DNA from: Spirochaetaceae bacterium
Lineage (GTDB): Bacteria; Spirochaetota; Spirochaetia; B11-G9
NCBI GenBank assembly: GCA_015493635.1
Contig: WGCU01000076.1
Span: 1 to 35,674, forward strand
Length of the DNA: 35,674 bases
Direction of reading: 5' to 3'
Numbering within the stretch: the first letter of the stretch is position 1; every line of letters starts with the position of its first letter. The translations under genes and the position numbers were made by a program. Below are positions 26,095-35,525 of this stretch, piece by piece. The notes beneath the pieces were generated by a model. It made no database searches, had not been told where the DNA came from, and saw only the letters and a program-made list of their open reading frames with translations.

Positions 26095-27051
26095 TTATTT
26101 GCCGAGGGTCATTTTATAACCGGCGTAATCATCTGCTACCATCTTGTTAAACTTGTCTTTAGTATAGTGTACAAGCTGATTTCCTTTCGGAGCGTATGCC
26201 TTTATCCAGTCGGGATCCTTTGAAATCTTTTCAAAAAGGTCATTGTACCATGCTATAACAGAATCAGGGGTTCCTTTCTTAACTGCAAAACCTCTCCAGA
26301 TTATCTCTCCGGAAACACCTTTTACTCCAAGTTCCTTGAATGTCGGAACATCGGGAAACTGAGGGAGACGTTTATCGAGACAGACTGCGGCAATGCTGAA
26401 ATCGGGTTTACCAATTATTTCTCCCGGATTACCTGTGTACGTAGCACCCTGTTTTCCAAGAAGAGCAGCCTTAGCTTTTCCTCCGCTGGCAAAGGGAACC
26501 CAGGTAGCCTTTATTCCCGCTGCTTTCCATATCCTCATGGCGGTAACATTGTCCAGTCCTCCTGCTGCCGGTCCGAGCCAGAGCTGTTTGCCGTTTTTTG
26601 CTTTCGCGTCCGCAACAACCTGTGCCCATGTTACAACATTGGTTTTATTGTTCGTAATAACACACTCCGGATCGATCTGCATCATGGAAATCCAGTCAAA
26701 CTCTTTTGTAGGGTTGATAGCGGAACTTGTGGAAACAAGCTTGGAGATGTTCGATTTTGTAACGTACATAAGAGTATAACCGTCTGCAGGTACACTCTTA
26801 ACGTATTCCATGGTTACAATACCACCCGCACCGGGTTTATTTTCTACAACGAAGGTAGCCTTCGTGTACTTTGCAGCAATATCCATTGCTTTCCGTGTTA
26901 AAATATCACCAGCACCTCCCGGTCCGGTATACACAATGACATGAATCGGTTTTGTAGGGAAGTTGGCAGCCTGGCTTTCTCCTTTCCCGTTTGCAAAAAG
27001 AGAAACAGAGAGTGCTGCAACCAGCAATACAAATAGTAATGTTTTCTTCAT
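26095..27051 (-). CDS. tctC: Tripartite tricarboxylate transporter substrate-binding protein TctC.
   Basis: It has a signal peptide and is 318 aa, the size of the TctC/Bug family. It is the first gene of a C-B-A order operon. Confidence 0.7.
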   Translation of the reverse strand: MKKTLLFVLLVAALSVSLFANGKGESQAANFPTKPIHVIVYTGPGGAGDILTRKAMDIAAKYTKATFVVENKPGAGGIVTMEYVKSVPADGYTLMYVTKSNISKLVSTSSAINPTKEFDWISMMQIDPECVITNNKTNVVTWAQVVADAKAKNGKQLWLGPAAGGLDNVTAMRIWKAAGIKATWVPFASGGKAKAALLGKQGATYTGNPGEIIGKPDFSIAAVCLDKRLPQFPDVPTFKELGVKGVSGEIIWRGFAVKKGTPDSVIAWYNDLFEKISKDPDWIKAYAPKGNQLVHYTKDKFNKMVADDYAGYKMTLGK

Positions 27052-27289
27052 AATAAACTCCTTGAAAATGTAGAATTTTACGGCTTGTACTCTTAAAGTA
27101 TACTGCCGTGTGTTAAAAGATCAATATTCCAACGATATATTGACTTAAATTTCCTGCAAAGTAAAATTAAAAATTGTTATAGTCCCTATTAAAAACTTTG
27201 ATAAATTGGAGATACTGCTTTTCTTGACAGGAAGAACATAATGAGAGAGGATCTGTGTGAGATTTTGATTTTTTAAAGGAGAGAAGATA

Positions 27290-28378
27290 ATGAGTAACGT
27301 ACTGAACGATTTCCTGAAATCCGCAAAAGCAGGTTTTACTTCTGATGAAGAAACAACAGTTGTCATTGGAAATGAAGCAGCTGACCTTGACTCCATGGCT
27401 TCTGCTGTTACATATGCGTACTTTCTGAAAAATACGGGTAATGCAAAGAATGTTGTTCCGTTGATAAACATACCGCTTGCTGATTTCAAGCTGAGAACTG
27501 AAGCGGTTTTTCTGTTTAAAGAAGCGGGGGTGGATGCTGGAAACCTGATATCGGTAACTGATATTGATCTTGATTCCCTTTATTCAAAAGGAAACATGCG
27601 GTTAGTACTGACTGATCACAATAAAATCGGTGCTCATCAGGAAACATTCAAAGATGCTGTGGTAGCTATTCTTGACCACCACGCGGATGATGGAGAGTAT
27701 CCCCGGAATGCTGAAACGGATATCCGCCCGGTAGGTTCCGCATGTACCCTTGTTGCTGAAAAATATCTTTCAGAAGCTCCCGGAAGTATAGACACTTCCA
27801 TTGGTACGCTGCTTTTGGGGACTATTCTGCTTGATACGGTGAATCTGGACCCTGATGCTGGACGGGTAAAGGATGAGGATAAGAAAGTTGCTGCTGCACT
27901 TATTGAAAAAACCGGACTTGACGGAAAGAAACTTTTTGATACCCTGCAGTTTGAGAAATTCAACGTATCCTCTCTCGGCAGTTATGACCTCCTGCGGAAA
28001 GATTACAAGGAATGGGATCTTAACGGTACGATGTGCGGTATAGGTTCTGTCCTGATGTCTGCTACCGATTGGCTGAAAAAAGACAGGGACGTCATTGATT
28101 CTTTTGAAAAATTCCTGAAAGAGCGCAAGCTTGATGTTCTTCTGGCGATGAATGCTTTTACACAACCGGAATTTACCCGGAATCTCGTTGTGTATGTTCC
28201 GGACCAGGCGTTGCGGAGCCGGTTAATAGAATTTCTGGAAGGAGCCGGTCTTGAACTTGAAAAGATTGACGGAGGAGATATCAGCAAGAAAGAGGCGCTT
28301 GATATCTATAATCAGAAGAATCTTGGTATATCCAGAAAGAAGCTTCAGCCCCTTTTGAAAGAATTCTTTTCTAAATAA
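27290..28378 (+). CDS. DHH/DHHA2-family phosphoesterase, resembling a PPX1/prune-like exopolyphosphatase or a family-II inorganic pyrophosphatase homologue.
   Basis: It carries the motifs GNEAADLDSMAS, LTDHN, ILDHHADDG and GSACT in the family order, followed by a DHHA2-like C-terminal half. Confidence 0.75.
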   Translation: MSNVLNDFLKSAKAGFTSDEETTVVIGNEAADLDSMASAVTYAYFLKNTGNAKNVVPLINIPLADFKLRTEAVFLFKEAGVDAGNLISVTDIDLDSLYSKGNMRLVLTDHNKIGAHQETFKDAVVAILDHHADDGEYPRNAETDIRPVGSACTLVAEKYLSEAPGSIDTSIGTLLLGTILLDTVNLDPDAGRVKDEDKKVAAALIEKTGLDGKKLFDTLQFEKFNVSSLGSYDLLRKDYKEWDLNGTMCGIGSVLMSATDWLKKDRDVIDSFEKFLKERKLDVLLAMNAFTQPEFTRNLVVYVPDQALRSRLIEFLEGAGLELEKIDGGDISKKEALDIYNQKNLGISRKKLQPLLKEFFSK

Positions 28379-28387
28379 TTCCTGATA

Positions 28388-28428
28388 AAACCCGGAACCG
28401 TTTGCGTTTGTAAGGCGGTTTCGGGTTT
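28388..28428. terminator. Stem-loop between the convergent DHH and LysR genes. It is a 13-bp stem with one mismatch. A T-run follows on the minus strand only.
   Basis: aaacccggaaccg (28388-28400) pairs with cggtttcgggttt (28416-28428). Confidence 0.4.
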
Positions 28429-29338
28429 AAAGCGGGTGACTCATTGCATCCCTGTTTTCTACAAGATAATCGTAGAACCTTTTTTGGGAAGGTGACAGTT
28501 CCTTATTTTTGTGGTAGACCATCTGGATATAACGGTAAAAAGGGTAATCTGAAATGGGAAGTGTTTTAATCCAACCGGATTCCGCTTCTTTTTTAATTTC
28601 TAGATAACTGAAAAAAGCAATCCCCATATTTTTTTCCACCATGGTTTTTATCATTGCCTTGTTTCCCAGTTCGTAAGCAATAGTGTACGGTATACCGGAA
28701 CGCTTAAATAATTTGTCTATCGCCTGGCGTGAAACCGTGTTGCGGAGAGAGACAATAATAGGCTGATTCGCAAGGTCTGCTAAGGTGATCGATTCCATTG
28801 CTGCAAAGGGATGATCCATACTCATGGCGGCTACAATTTTATCCCGGTAGATAACCGTCCCGGTAATTTCATGATGGAGTATTTCCGGGGTACTGCTTCC
28901 GATAATTCCTATATCAAGTTTGTTCGTTTTTATCAGTTTTACTATCATGGAAGATTTTCTTGTTGTAATGGCAAAGTGGACATTGGGATATTCATCGAGA
29001 AAGGATGAAAGGCATGATGGAATAAGCCGGGCACCCGGGAGTTCGCTTACGCCAAGTTTAATAGAGCCTTCTCCCGGTTCTTTAAGCATGTTCACCGCCA
29101 GAAGGGAATCGTCAAAAAGATCAAGCATTTTACCGACAAAAGGGATGAGTATTTTTCCTGCTTCAGTTAGCTCTATTGACCGTCCGATGCGGTCAAAAAG
29201 TTTAGCAGCATATTCGGTTTCAAGATCTTTTATCTGTGTGCTTACCGCAGGTTGTGTCAGGTAGAGTACTTCAGCCGCTTTACTGAAGCTCTTTAAGCGG
29301 GCAACAGTGTAGAATGACTTTAACTTGTATAGATCCAT
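28427..29338 (-). CDS. LysR-family transcriptional regulator.
   Basis: It has the N-terminal HTH LKSFYTVARLKSFSKAAEVLYLTQPAVSTQIKDLE and a substrate-binding domain of about 200 aa. Confidence 0.9.
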   Translation of the reverse strand: MDLYKLKSFYTVARLKSFSKAAEVLYLTQPAVSTQIKDLETEYAAKLFDRIGRSIELTEAGKILIPFVGKMLDLFDDSLLAVNMLKEPGEGSIKLGVSELPGARLIPSCLSSFLDEYPNVHFAITTRKSSMIVKLIKTNKLDIGIIGSSTPEILHHEITGTVIYRDKIVAAMSMDHPFAAMESITLADLANQPIIVSLRNTVSRQAIDKLFKRSGIPYTIAYELGNKAMIKTMVEKNMGIAFFSYLEIKKEAESGWIKTLPISDYPFYRYIQMVYHKNKELSPSQKRFYDYLVENRDAMSHPL

Positions 29339-29471
29339 TATCAGCTCCTTGCTAAATAGTATACTGGCATAATGATTATTTATGGAAGCAATAATTTTAT
29401 TTAATTAGACTAAAAGAATAAATAAAACTATGATATAATCCTCTTTAATACTATATAACAGGGAGTTGACC

Positions 29472-30122
29472 ATGAATCTTTTTTTTCAGCGTGCCCGTAA
29501 AATTGAGGGCAATATTGACAAGTATCTTGATAATATTACAAAAGCTATTCTTACTTTTGATCAGGGTATTAAAGAATTCTTTAACGGTAATATAGATCTT
29601 TTTGAAGAGAAGTATAAAGAAGCGAGTAAACTTGAAAGTGACAGCGATGAACTAAGACGGGATATTAAATATACCCTCTACCGTGATCTCCTTATACCTG
29701 ACGCCCGGGGAGACGTTCTCGGCCTGCTGGAAACACTGGATGATGTTATTGATATAATAGAAGAGGTTTTGAGAGAGTTTTCAATTGAGAAGCCGGCTAC
29801 TCTTGGAGATTATAAGGAAGATTTCCTTTCGCTTTCAGAGAAGTCTGTTAAAAGCGCTCAGGAACTGGTCTCCGCTTCGAGGGCATTTTTTAGAGATATT
29901 ACGAACGTACATGATTTCATTACCCAGGTACACTACTGGGAACATGAAGCAGACAAGGTAGAAGAAAGAATTAAAAGAAATGCTTTCGGTCCTGATGGAA
30001 GGGAAAAACTGAGCGAGAAAGTCCAGGTGCGGTACTTTGCCGAAAGAATTTCACTGTTGGCTGATACGGCGGAAGATGTTGCTGAAAGACTTGATGTTTA
30101 TACCATCAAACGAAGTATTTAG
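29472..30122 (+). CDS. DUF47/PhoU-like protein (the TIGR00153 'phosphate transport regulator-related' family), encoded immediately upstream of PiT.
   Basis: It has the family's helical repeat pattern and the conserved 10-nt linkage to the PiT gene. The start is at ATG 29472, which has a GGGAG RBS. The ORF track began at an upstream TTG. Confidence 0.75.
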   Translation: MNLFFQRARKIEGNIDKYLDNITKAILTFDQGIKEFFNGNIDLFEEKYKEASKLESDSDELRRDIKYTLYRDLLIPDARGDVLGLLETLDDVIDIIEEVLREFSIEKPATLGDYKEDFLSLSEKSVKSAQELVSASRAFFRDITNVHDFITQVHYWEHEADKVEERIKRNAFGPDGREKLSEKVQVRYFAERISLLADTAEDVAERLDVYTIKRSI

Positions 30123-30132
30123 GAGTCGCTGA

Positions 30133-31185
30133 ATGGGAGTAACATTATTATTTTTAACAAGCGGCCTTTTTCTCGGCTGGTCTCTCGGTTCGAATGATGC
30201 GGCGAATGTATGGGGTACCGCTGTCGGAACACGGATGGTCAAGTTTAAACAAGCCGCCCTTATCTGCAGTATTTTTATTATTCTCGGAGCTGTTGTCAGC
30301 GGAGCGGGAGCTTCCCATACTCTGGGGAAACTGGGAGCTATCGGTGCTCTTGCAGGCGCCTTTACGGTAGCCTTTTCCGCTGCTCTTTCTGTCTATTTAA
30401 TGACACGTCTTGCTCTGCCTGTATCCACAACCCAGGCAATAGTCGGCGCGATAGTAGGCTGGAATCTGTTTTCGGGAACTGGAATAAACGGGGCAGCACT
30501 TGCAAAGGTTATGGGTACCTGGGTTTTTTCTCCGGTTCTTACAGCGTTTTTTGCATTTGTTCTCTACTTCCTCGTTGTTTTTATACTGAAGCATGTGAAA
30601 GTCCATCTTATCAGACTGGATGGATATACAAGGCTGCTGCTTCTTCTCGCGGGAGCTTTCGGATCTTACAGTCTTGGTGCTAACAATATTGGAAATGTTA
30701 TGGGTGTTTTTATAAAGAGTGCCGCTTCCGCTTTTCCGACCTTTAATTTAGGATCTTTTTTTACCTTTGGCGGTGTGCAGCAGCTGTTTCTTCTGGGCGG
30801 GCTTGCCATTGCAGTAGGTGTGTATACCTATTCCAAACGGGTAATGATGACCGTGGGAGCAGATATTTTTAAACTTTCTCCGGTAACTGCATTTATAGTA
30901 GTTCTTTCCAGTTCCATCGTACTGTTTCTTTTTGCTTCACAGGGGCTTAAAAACTTTCTGGTGGGGCATAATCTTCCTTCGTTTCCTCTGGTTCCCGTTT
31001 CTAGTTCCCAGTCAATAGTCGGGGGTGTTATTGGTATCGGTCTTGCAAAGGGAGGCCACAATCTTAATCTCAGGATTCTTGGAAAAATAAGCCTTGGGTG
31101 GATAGCAACACCTCTTATCGGTGCAGTTGTAGCATTTGTCTCATTGTTTATCGTACAGAATGTTTTTGGACAGGTAGTCTATTAA
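30133..31185 (+). CDS. pit: Inorganic phosphate transporter of the PiT/PHO4 family.
   Basis: It has the N-terminal GSNDAANVWGTAVGT motif (the GANDVANA signature) and its repeat GANNIGNVMG in the second half. Confidence 0.9.
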   Translation: MGVTLLFLTSGLFLGWSLGSNDAANVWGTAVGTRMVKFKQAALICSIFIILGAVVSGAGASHTLGKLGAIGALAGAFTVAFSAALSVYLMTRLALPVSTTQAIVGAIVGWNLFSGTGINGAALAKVMGTWVFSPVLTAFFAFVLYFLVVFILKHVKVHLIRLDGYTRLLLLLAGAFGSYSLGANNIGNVMGVFIKSAASAFPTFNLGSFFTFGGVQQLFLLGGLAIAVGVYTYSKRVMMTVGADIFKLSPVTAFIVVLSSSIVLFLFASQGLKNFLVGHNLPSFPLVPVSSSQSIVGGVIGIGLAKGGHNLNLRILGKISLGWIATPLIGAVVAFVSLFIVQNVFGQVVY

Positions 31186-31218
31186 ATAGAATATATTTTT
31201 AAAGATGAGGAGAAAAAA

Positions 31219-31860
31219 ATGGGAAAACCAAATTTAGAGATCGGTGTTCAATCTGATCCGCGCTTTGAATTCAGAACATTCGGAAGAGACTTCAGCGAAG
31301 CAGCATTCAGAATGGCACGTCTTTCGGTTCCTGTTCCTGAAAAGGTATGGGAGAGGCACTCAAAGGAAACATACATTGTTTCTGCAACAAACGATAAAAA
31401 CAATACCAAGATCCGGGATGGAAAAATGGACATTAAAACCTTCGTTCAGGAAAAAGAGGGCCTTGAGCAGTGGAATCCCCTGATGAAAGGCGAATTCCCC
31501 ATTTCCAAAAAGGTTCTTGAGAAAGAAGTGTTTCCTGCTTTTATGGTGGATATGCCTTCTCTGGATAAAGACAGCTATACTCTCGAAGAGTTCATAGCCA
31601 TGGTCAAGGCTAACAAGGATCTGCAGGCGGTCAGTGTAGAAAAACAGCGCTATGGTTACTCTGTCAACGGAACCATCTGTGAAGTTGCCAATGTATGGAT
31701 CAATGGAGCAAAGGTTGTTACCATAAACTCTGAATCTACTGTTATTGCGGATATCCTGAAAACACTGAAGGATGTCGGACTTGAGGGCATTGAGAATATC
31801 AATTATCTACAGGCTGTAAAACGTATTATCGGAATGATTGATAAGCCTCTCAGTAATTAG
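31219..31860 (+). CDS. Hypothetical protein (213 aa). I recognised no domain. It follows PiT by 33 nt.
   Basis: It is a clean ORF with a GAGGAG RBS and sits in operon position. Confidence 0.55.
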   Translation: MGKPNLEIGVQSDPRFEFRTFGRDFSEAAFRMARLSVPVPEKVWERHSKETYIVSATNDKNNTKIRDGKMDIKTFVQEKEGLEQWNPLMKGEFPISKKVLEKEVFPAFMVDMPSLDKDSYTLEEFIAMVKANKDLQAVSVEKQRYGYSVNGTICEVANVWINGAKVVTINSESTVIADILKTLKDVGLEGIENINYLQAVKRIIGMIDKPLSN

Positions 31861-31883
31861 TATTTCCGTTCATAAACGTTCAG

Positions 31884-31921
31884 AAAAAAAGGCCGCCTTT
31901 TAACAAGGCGGCTCTTTTTAT
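31884..31921. terminator. Bidirectional intrinsic terminator. The stem is gccgcctt / aaggcggc (31892-31899 and 31905-31912), the loop is ttaac, an A7 run lies upstream and tcttttta downstream.
   Basis: I read this from the sequence. It lies between the convergent PiT-operon and PFOR genes. Confidence 0.7.
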
Positions 31922-31936
31922 GCGGTGAGAGCTTTG

Positions 31937-34900
31937 CTAAAGCATTTCACCAAACTTTTTCATAAAATCCATTCTTCGTTTTGCATCTTCAGCAGCTTCA
32001 TCATAGAGGGATTCAGCTTCAGCAGGTGCTGTTTTCTGCAGTGCTGTATACCGCCGTTCTCCCTTGATATATTCCTTGTAGTCCAGCTTAGGCTCTCTCG
32101 ATTCCCAGGTAAACTTCTTCCCTTCTTCTGCAAGGGGATTGTACCGGTACAGAGGCCAGTAACCTGCTTCAACAGCACGTTTTTCTTCGGACTGAGACTG
32201 ACTCATGTCAAATCCATGAGCGATACAAGGGGAGTAAGCGATAACGATGGATGGGCCAGGATAACTTTCCGCTTCCATGAGAGCTTTCTGTGTCTGTGCC
32301 CTGTTTGCACCCATTGCAATGGAAGCAACATAAACATATCCGTAACTCATACACATGAGTCCAAGGTTTTTCTTTGGAAGCCGCATCCCGGCATTGGCAA
32401 ACTTTGCAACAGCTGAAATAGGTGTTGACTTGGATGCCTGACCGCCGGTATTTGAGTATACTTCGGTATCAAGAACAAGGATGTTAACGTTCTTTCCTGA
32501 GGCAACAACGTGATCAAGACCTCCATAGCCGATATCATAGGCCCATCCGTCACCGCCGATAATCCAGACACTCTTGTCAACAAAGTAGTCTTTAAGTTCC
32601 ACAAGTTTTGCGAGTACTTCTTTCTTTTCCCCAGAAGCGGATTTCAGTTCCTTTTCAAGGAGTGTCCCGCTGGCAGTCTGGGCGCTAATGGCCTCTTTAT
32701 CTTTGCTGTCCCACAGCTCTATGCTCTTTTTAAGTGCGCTTTCGAGCTCCGGTGAGACTCCCATGGATAACAGTTTGTCCAATGATATCTTAAGCTGCTC
32801 CCTGTTGCTGTCAACTGCAAGCCGCATTCCCATTCCGTATTCCGCGTTATCTTCGAAAAGGGAATTCCCCCATGCGGGTCCGCGTCCTTCTTTCGTTTTA
32901 CAGTACGGAATGGTAGGAAAAGTACCTCCATAGATGGAAGAACATCCTGTAGCGTTTGCAGCAATCATGTTATCTCCGTACAGCTGGGAAACAAGCTTAA
33001 CGTACGGTGTTTCCCCGCAGCCTGCACAGGCGCCGGAGAATTCAAAGAGCGGTTTTTTAAACTGGGCTCCTTTGTACGTTGACTCCTTGATACCGTCAAG
33101 AACATTATCCGGAAGGGCTTCGAAAAACTCAGCATTTTCAATTTCACCTTTGTCCCTCTCCGTCTGAATGGGACTCATAACGAGCGCTTTCTCTTTGGCG
33201 GGACAGACATCCACACAAACACCGCATGCCTGACAGTCTTCGGTGTATACCTGAATCTTGAATGTAAGATTACGGTCATTCTTGGTATTTGATTTTAGGG
33301 TATGAAAGGTGGAAGGTGCATCTTTCAGATCTTCCGGAGCTATCTGTTTTGCACGTATTGCCGCGTGGGGACACGCCATGGAACACTGGTTGCACTGTAT
33401 ACAATTTTCTGCTATCCAGTTCGGTACGTACGCTGCAACACCGCGTTTTTCAAGTGCCGCAGTTCCAAGCGGCAGGGTTCCGTCGAAGGACATCTTTGAA
33501 ACCGGAATGTCATCACCCTTCATATGCATAATCGGTAAGACAACATCTTTTGCAAAATCTGAAGCATCATCGGCAATAAGCTGAGGAGGTTCATAAGAAT
33601 CGGTGCCTGCAGGCGGAATGGTAACTTCTTCAAGAGCAGCTGATGCTCCGTCCACTGCGGCCCAGTTCATATTGACAATATCTTCACCCTTTTTAATAAA
33701 GGATTTGTGTATGTAGTCTTTTATGAGTTTTATGGCCTCATCCTCGGGGATAATACCGGAAATCTTGAAAAATGCTGCCTGCATGACAGTATTAATCTTC
33801 ATTCCAAGACCAGCTTTTTCTGCTATCTTGAGGGCATTGATATTATAGAATTTAATTTTTTTTGTTCTGATGGTATCCTGCATCTCTTTCGTCAGATGGT
33901 TAAAAACCTCAGAAGTGGGTATAATCGAGTTGAGCAGGAATGTGCCCCCTTCTTTTAAGGGACCGAGCATGTCAAAGCGTCCGATATACGCCTGATTATG
34001 GCAGGCAACAAAATCTGCGGCATCGATAAGCCACGGCATGTTTACTGAACTATCACCGAACCGCAGGTGGGAAATGGTTATTCCTCCGGATTTTTTTGAA
34101 TCGTACACAAAGTATGCCTGAGCATTCTTTTCTGTGCTGCTTCCAATAATTTTTATCGAGTTCTTGGCTGCCCCAACGGTACCGTCGGCACCAAGCCCCC
34201 AGAACATGCAGCTGACAACATCATCCGGAGTAACATCAATACGTTCCTTGATTTTAAGTGACCTGTTTGTTACATCGTCATTTATACCAACGGTAAAGTT
34301 ATGGAAACATGCTCCGTCAAGATGATCAAAAACAGCTTTTACCTGACTTGGAGTAAACTCTTTACTGGAAAGACCGTAGCGTCCGCCGATTACCTTGATA
34401 TCTTTATCCGCGAGAGCAGCTGCAACATCAAGAAAGAGCGGTTCACCGATGGATCCCGGTTCTTTTGTCCGGTCAAGAACAGCAATTTTTTTACAGGTTT
34501 CAGGGATTGCTCCGATAAATGCTTCTACAGAGAAGGGACGGTACAGGCGGACCTTGATAGCTCCAACCTTTTCTCCCTGTTTATTGAGATAATCGACCGT
34601 CTGTTCAATAGTATCACAGGCGCTTCCCATGGCAATAATAACCTTCTCCGCGTCAGGAGCCCCGACGTAATCGAAAAGGTGGTACTGTCGTCCAATAACA
34701 GCAGCTACTTTATCCATGTACTCCTGAACTATTGCAGGGGTAGCATCATAGTATTTGTTTACCGTTTCTCTGCCCTGAAAATAAACATCCGGATTCTGGG
34801 CTGCTACCTTAATAATGGGATCTTCCGGCCGCATGGCCCGTTTCCTGAACTGTTCAACATATTCAGGCTCAAGAAGTTTTTTCATATCGGAAAAGGGGAT

Positions 34901-35458
34901 TTCTTCGACTTTCTGGATTTCATGGGATGTTCTGAATCCATCAAAGAAACTTAAAAAAGGTACCTGTGCTTTTAGAGTCGCCAAGTGGGCAACCAATGCC
35001 ATATCCATCGTCTCCTGTATGGAGGATGCAACAGTCATGGCAAATCCGGTATTCCGGGTTGACATAACATCGGAGTGATCTCCGAAAATTGAAAGTGACT
35101 GGGCCGCGAGAGAACGGGCTGAAACATGAAAGACCGTGGGAAGCATTTCCCCCGCTATCTTGTGCATGTTCGGAATCATGAGGAGAAGCCCCTGTGAAGC
35201 GGTGAACGTAGTAGTAAGAGCTCCTCCGCTTAGCGAACCATGTACTGCTCCTGACGCTCCTGCTTCTGACTGCATCTCAACAACATCAACCTTTTTCCCG
35301 AAAAGGTTTTTTAATCCTGTACTTGCCCAGGAATCAGCATACTCCCCCATTGGAGATGAAGGTGTAATAGGGAAAATGGCCGCAACTTCACTGAATGCAT
35401 ACGCAACATGAGCCGCGGCCGTGTTACCGTCAATCGTAACCATCTTTTTTTTAGACAT
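31937..35458 (-). CDS. nifJ: Pyruvate:ferredoxin (flavodoxin) oxidoreductase, the single-chain homodimeric PFOR.
   Basis: At 1173 aa it has two ferredoxin CxxCxxCxxxCP clusters (CIQCNQCSMACP and CQACGVCVDVCP) and the TPP-binding GDGW motif in the C-terminal domain. Confidence 0.95.
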   Translation of the reverse strand: MSKKKMVTIDGNTAAAHVAYAFSEVAAIFPITPSSPMGEYADSWASTGLKNLFGKKVDVVEMQSEAGASGAVHGSLSGGALTTTFTASQGLLLMIPNMHKIAGEMLPTVFHVSARSLAAQSLSIFGDHSDVMSTRNTGFAMTVASSIQETMDMALVAHLATLKAQVPFLSFFDGFRTSHEIQKVEEIPFSDMKKLLEPEYVEQFRKRAMRPEDPIIKVAAQNPDVYFQGRETVNKYYDATPAIVQEYMDKVAAVIGRQYHLFDYVGAPDAEKVIIAMGSACDTIEQTVDYLNKQGEKVGAIKVRLYRPFSVEAFIGAIPETCKKIAVLDRTKEPGSIGEPLFLDVAAALADKDIKVIGGRYGLSSKEFTPSQVKAVFDHLDGACFHNFTVGINDDVTNRSLKIKERIDVTPDDVVSCMFWGLGADGTVGAAKNSIKIIGSSTEKNAQAYFVYDSKKSGGITISHLRFGDSSVNMPWLIDAADFVACHNQAYIGRFDMLGPLKEGGTFLLNSIIPTSEVFNHLTKEMQDTIRTKKIKFYNINALKIAEKAGLGMKINTVMQAAFFKISGIIPEDEAIKLIKDYIHKSFIKKGEDIVNMNWAAVDGASAALEEVTIPPAGTDSYEPPQLIADDASDFAKDVVLPIMHMKGDDIPVSKMSFDGTLPLGTAALEKRGVAAYVPNWIAENCIQCNQCSMACPHAAIRAKQIAPEDLKDAPSTFHTLKSNTKNDRNLTFKIQVYTEDCQACGVCVDVCPAKEKALVMSPIQTERDKGEIENAEFFEALPDNVLDGIKESTYKGAQFKKPLFEFSGACAGCGETPYVKLVSQLYGDNMIAANATGCSSIYGGTFPTIPYCKTKEGRGPAWGNSLFEDNAEYGMGMRLAVDSNREQLKISLDKLLSMGVSPELESALKKSIELWDSKDKEAISAQTASGTLLEKELKSASGEKKEVLAKLVELKDYFVDKSVWIIGGDGWAYDIGYGGLDHVVASGKNVNILVLDTEVYSNTGGQASKSTPISAVAKFANAGMRLPKKNLGLMCMSYGYVYVASIAMGANRAQTQKALMEAESYPGPSIVIAYSPCIAHGFDMSQSQSEEKRAVEAGYWPLYRYNPLAEEGKKFTWESREPKLDYKEYIKGERRYTALQKTAPAEAESLYDEAAEDAKRRMDFMKKFGEML

Positions 35459-35525
35459 AATAATCCCTCGATTATAATTAGATTTTATATGCTTTTAGTA
35501 TAAATCTTTATAAAACATCATACAA

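Noticed and set aside
31219-31860. Possible CYTH (triphosphate tunnel metalloenzyme) identity for the 213-aa protein downstream of PiT. This would fit the phosphate theme.
   Set aside because: I could not find the N-terminal ExExK motif or the other conserved CYTH acidic or basic residues by eye. The idea is left as an unknown needing HHpred.
31925-35411. Several ORFs of 60-217 aa on the plus strand inside the PFOR locus (for example 31925-32416, 33309-33584, 34301-34954, 35136-35411).
   Set aside because: They are embedded antisense within a 1173-aa gene that has strong motif support. They have no RBS and low-complexity composition, so they are spurious shadow ORFs.
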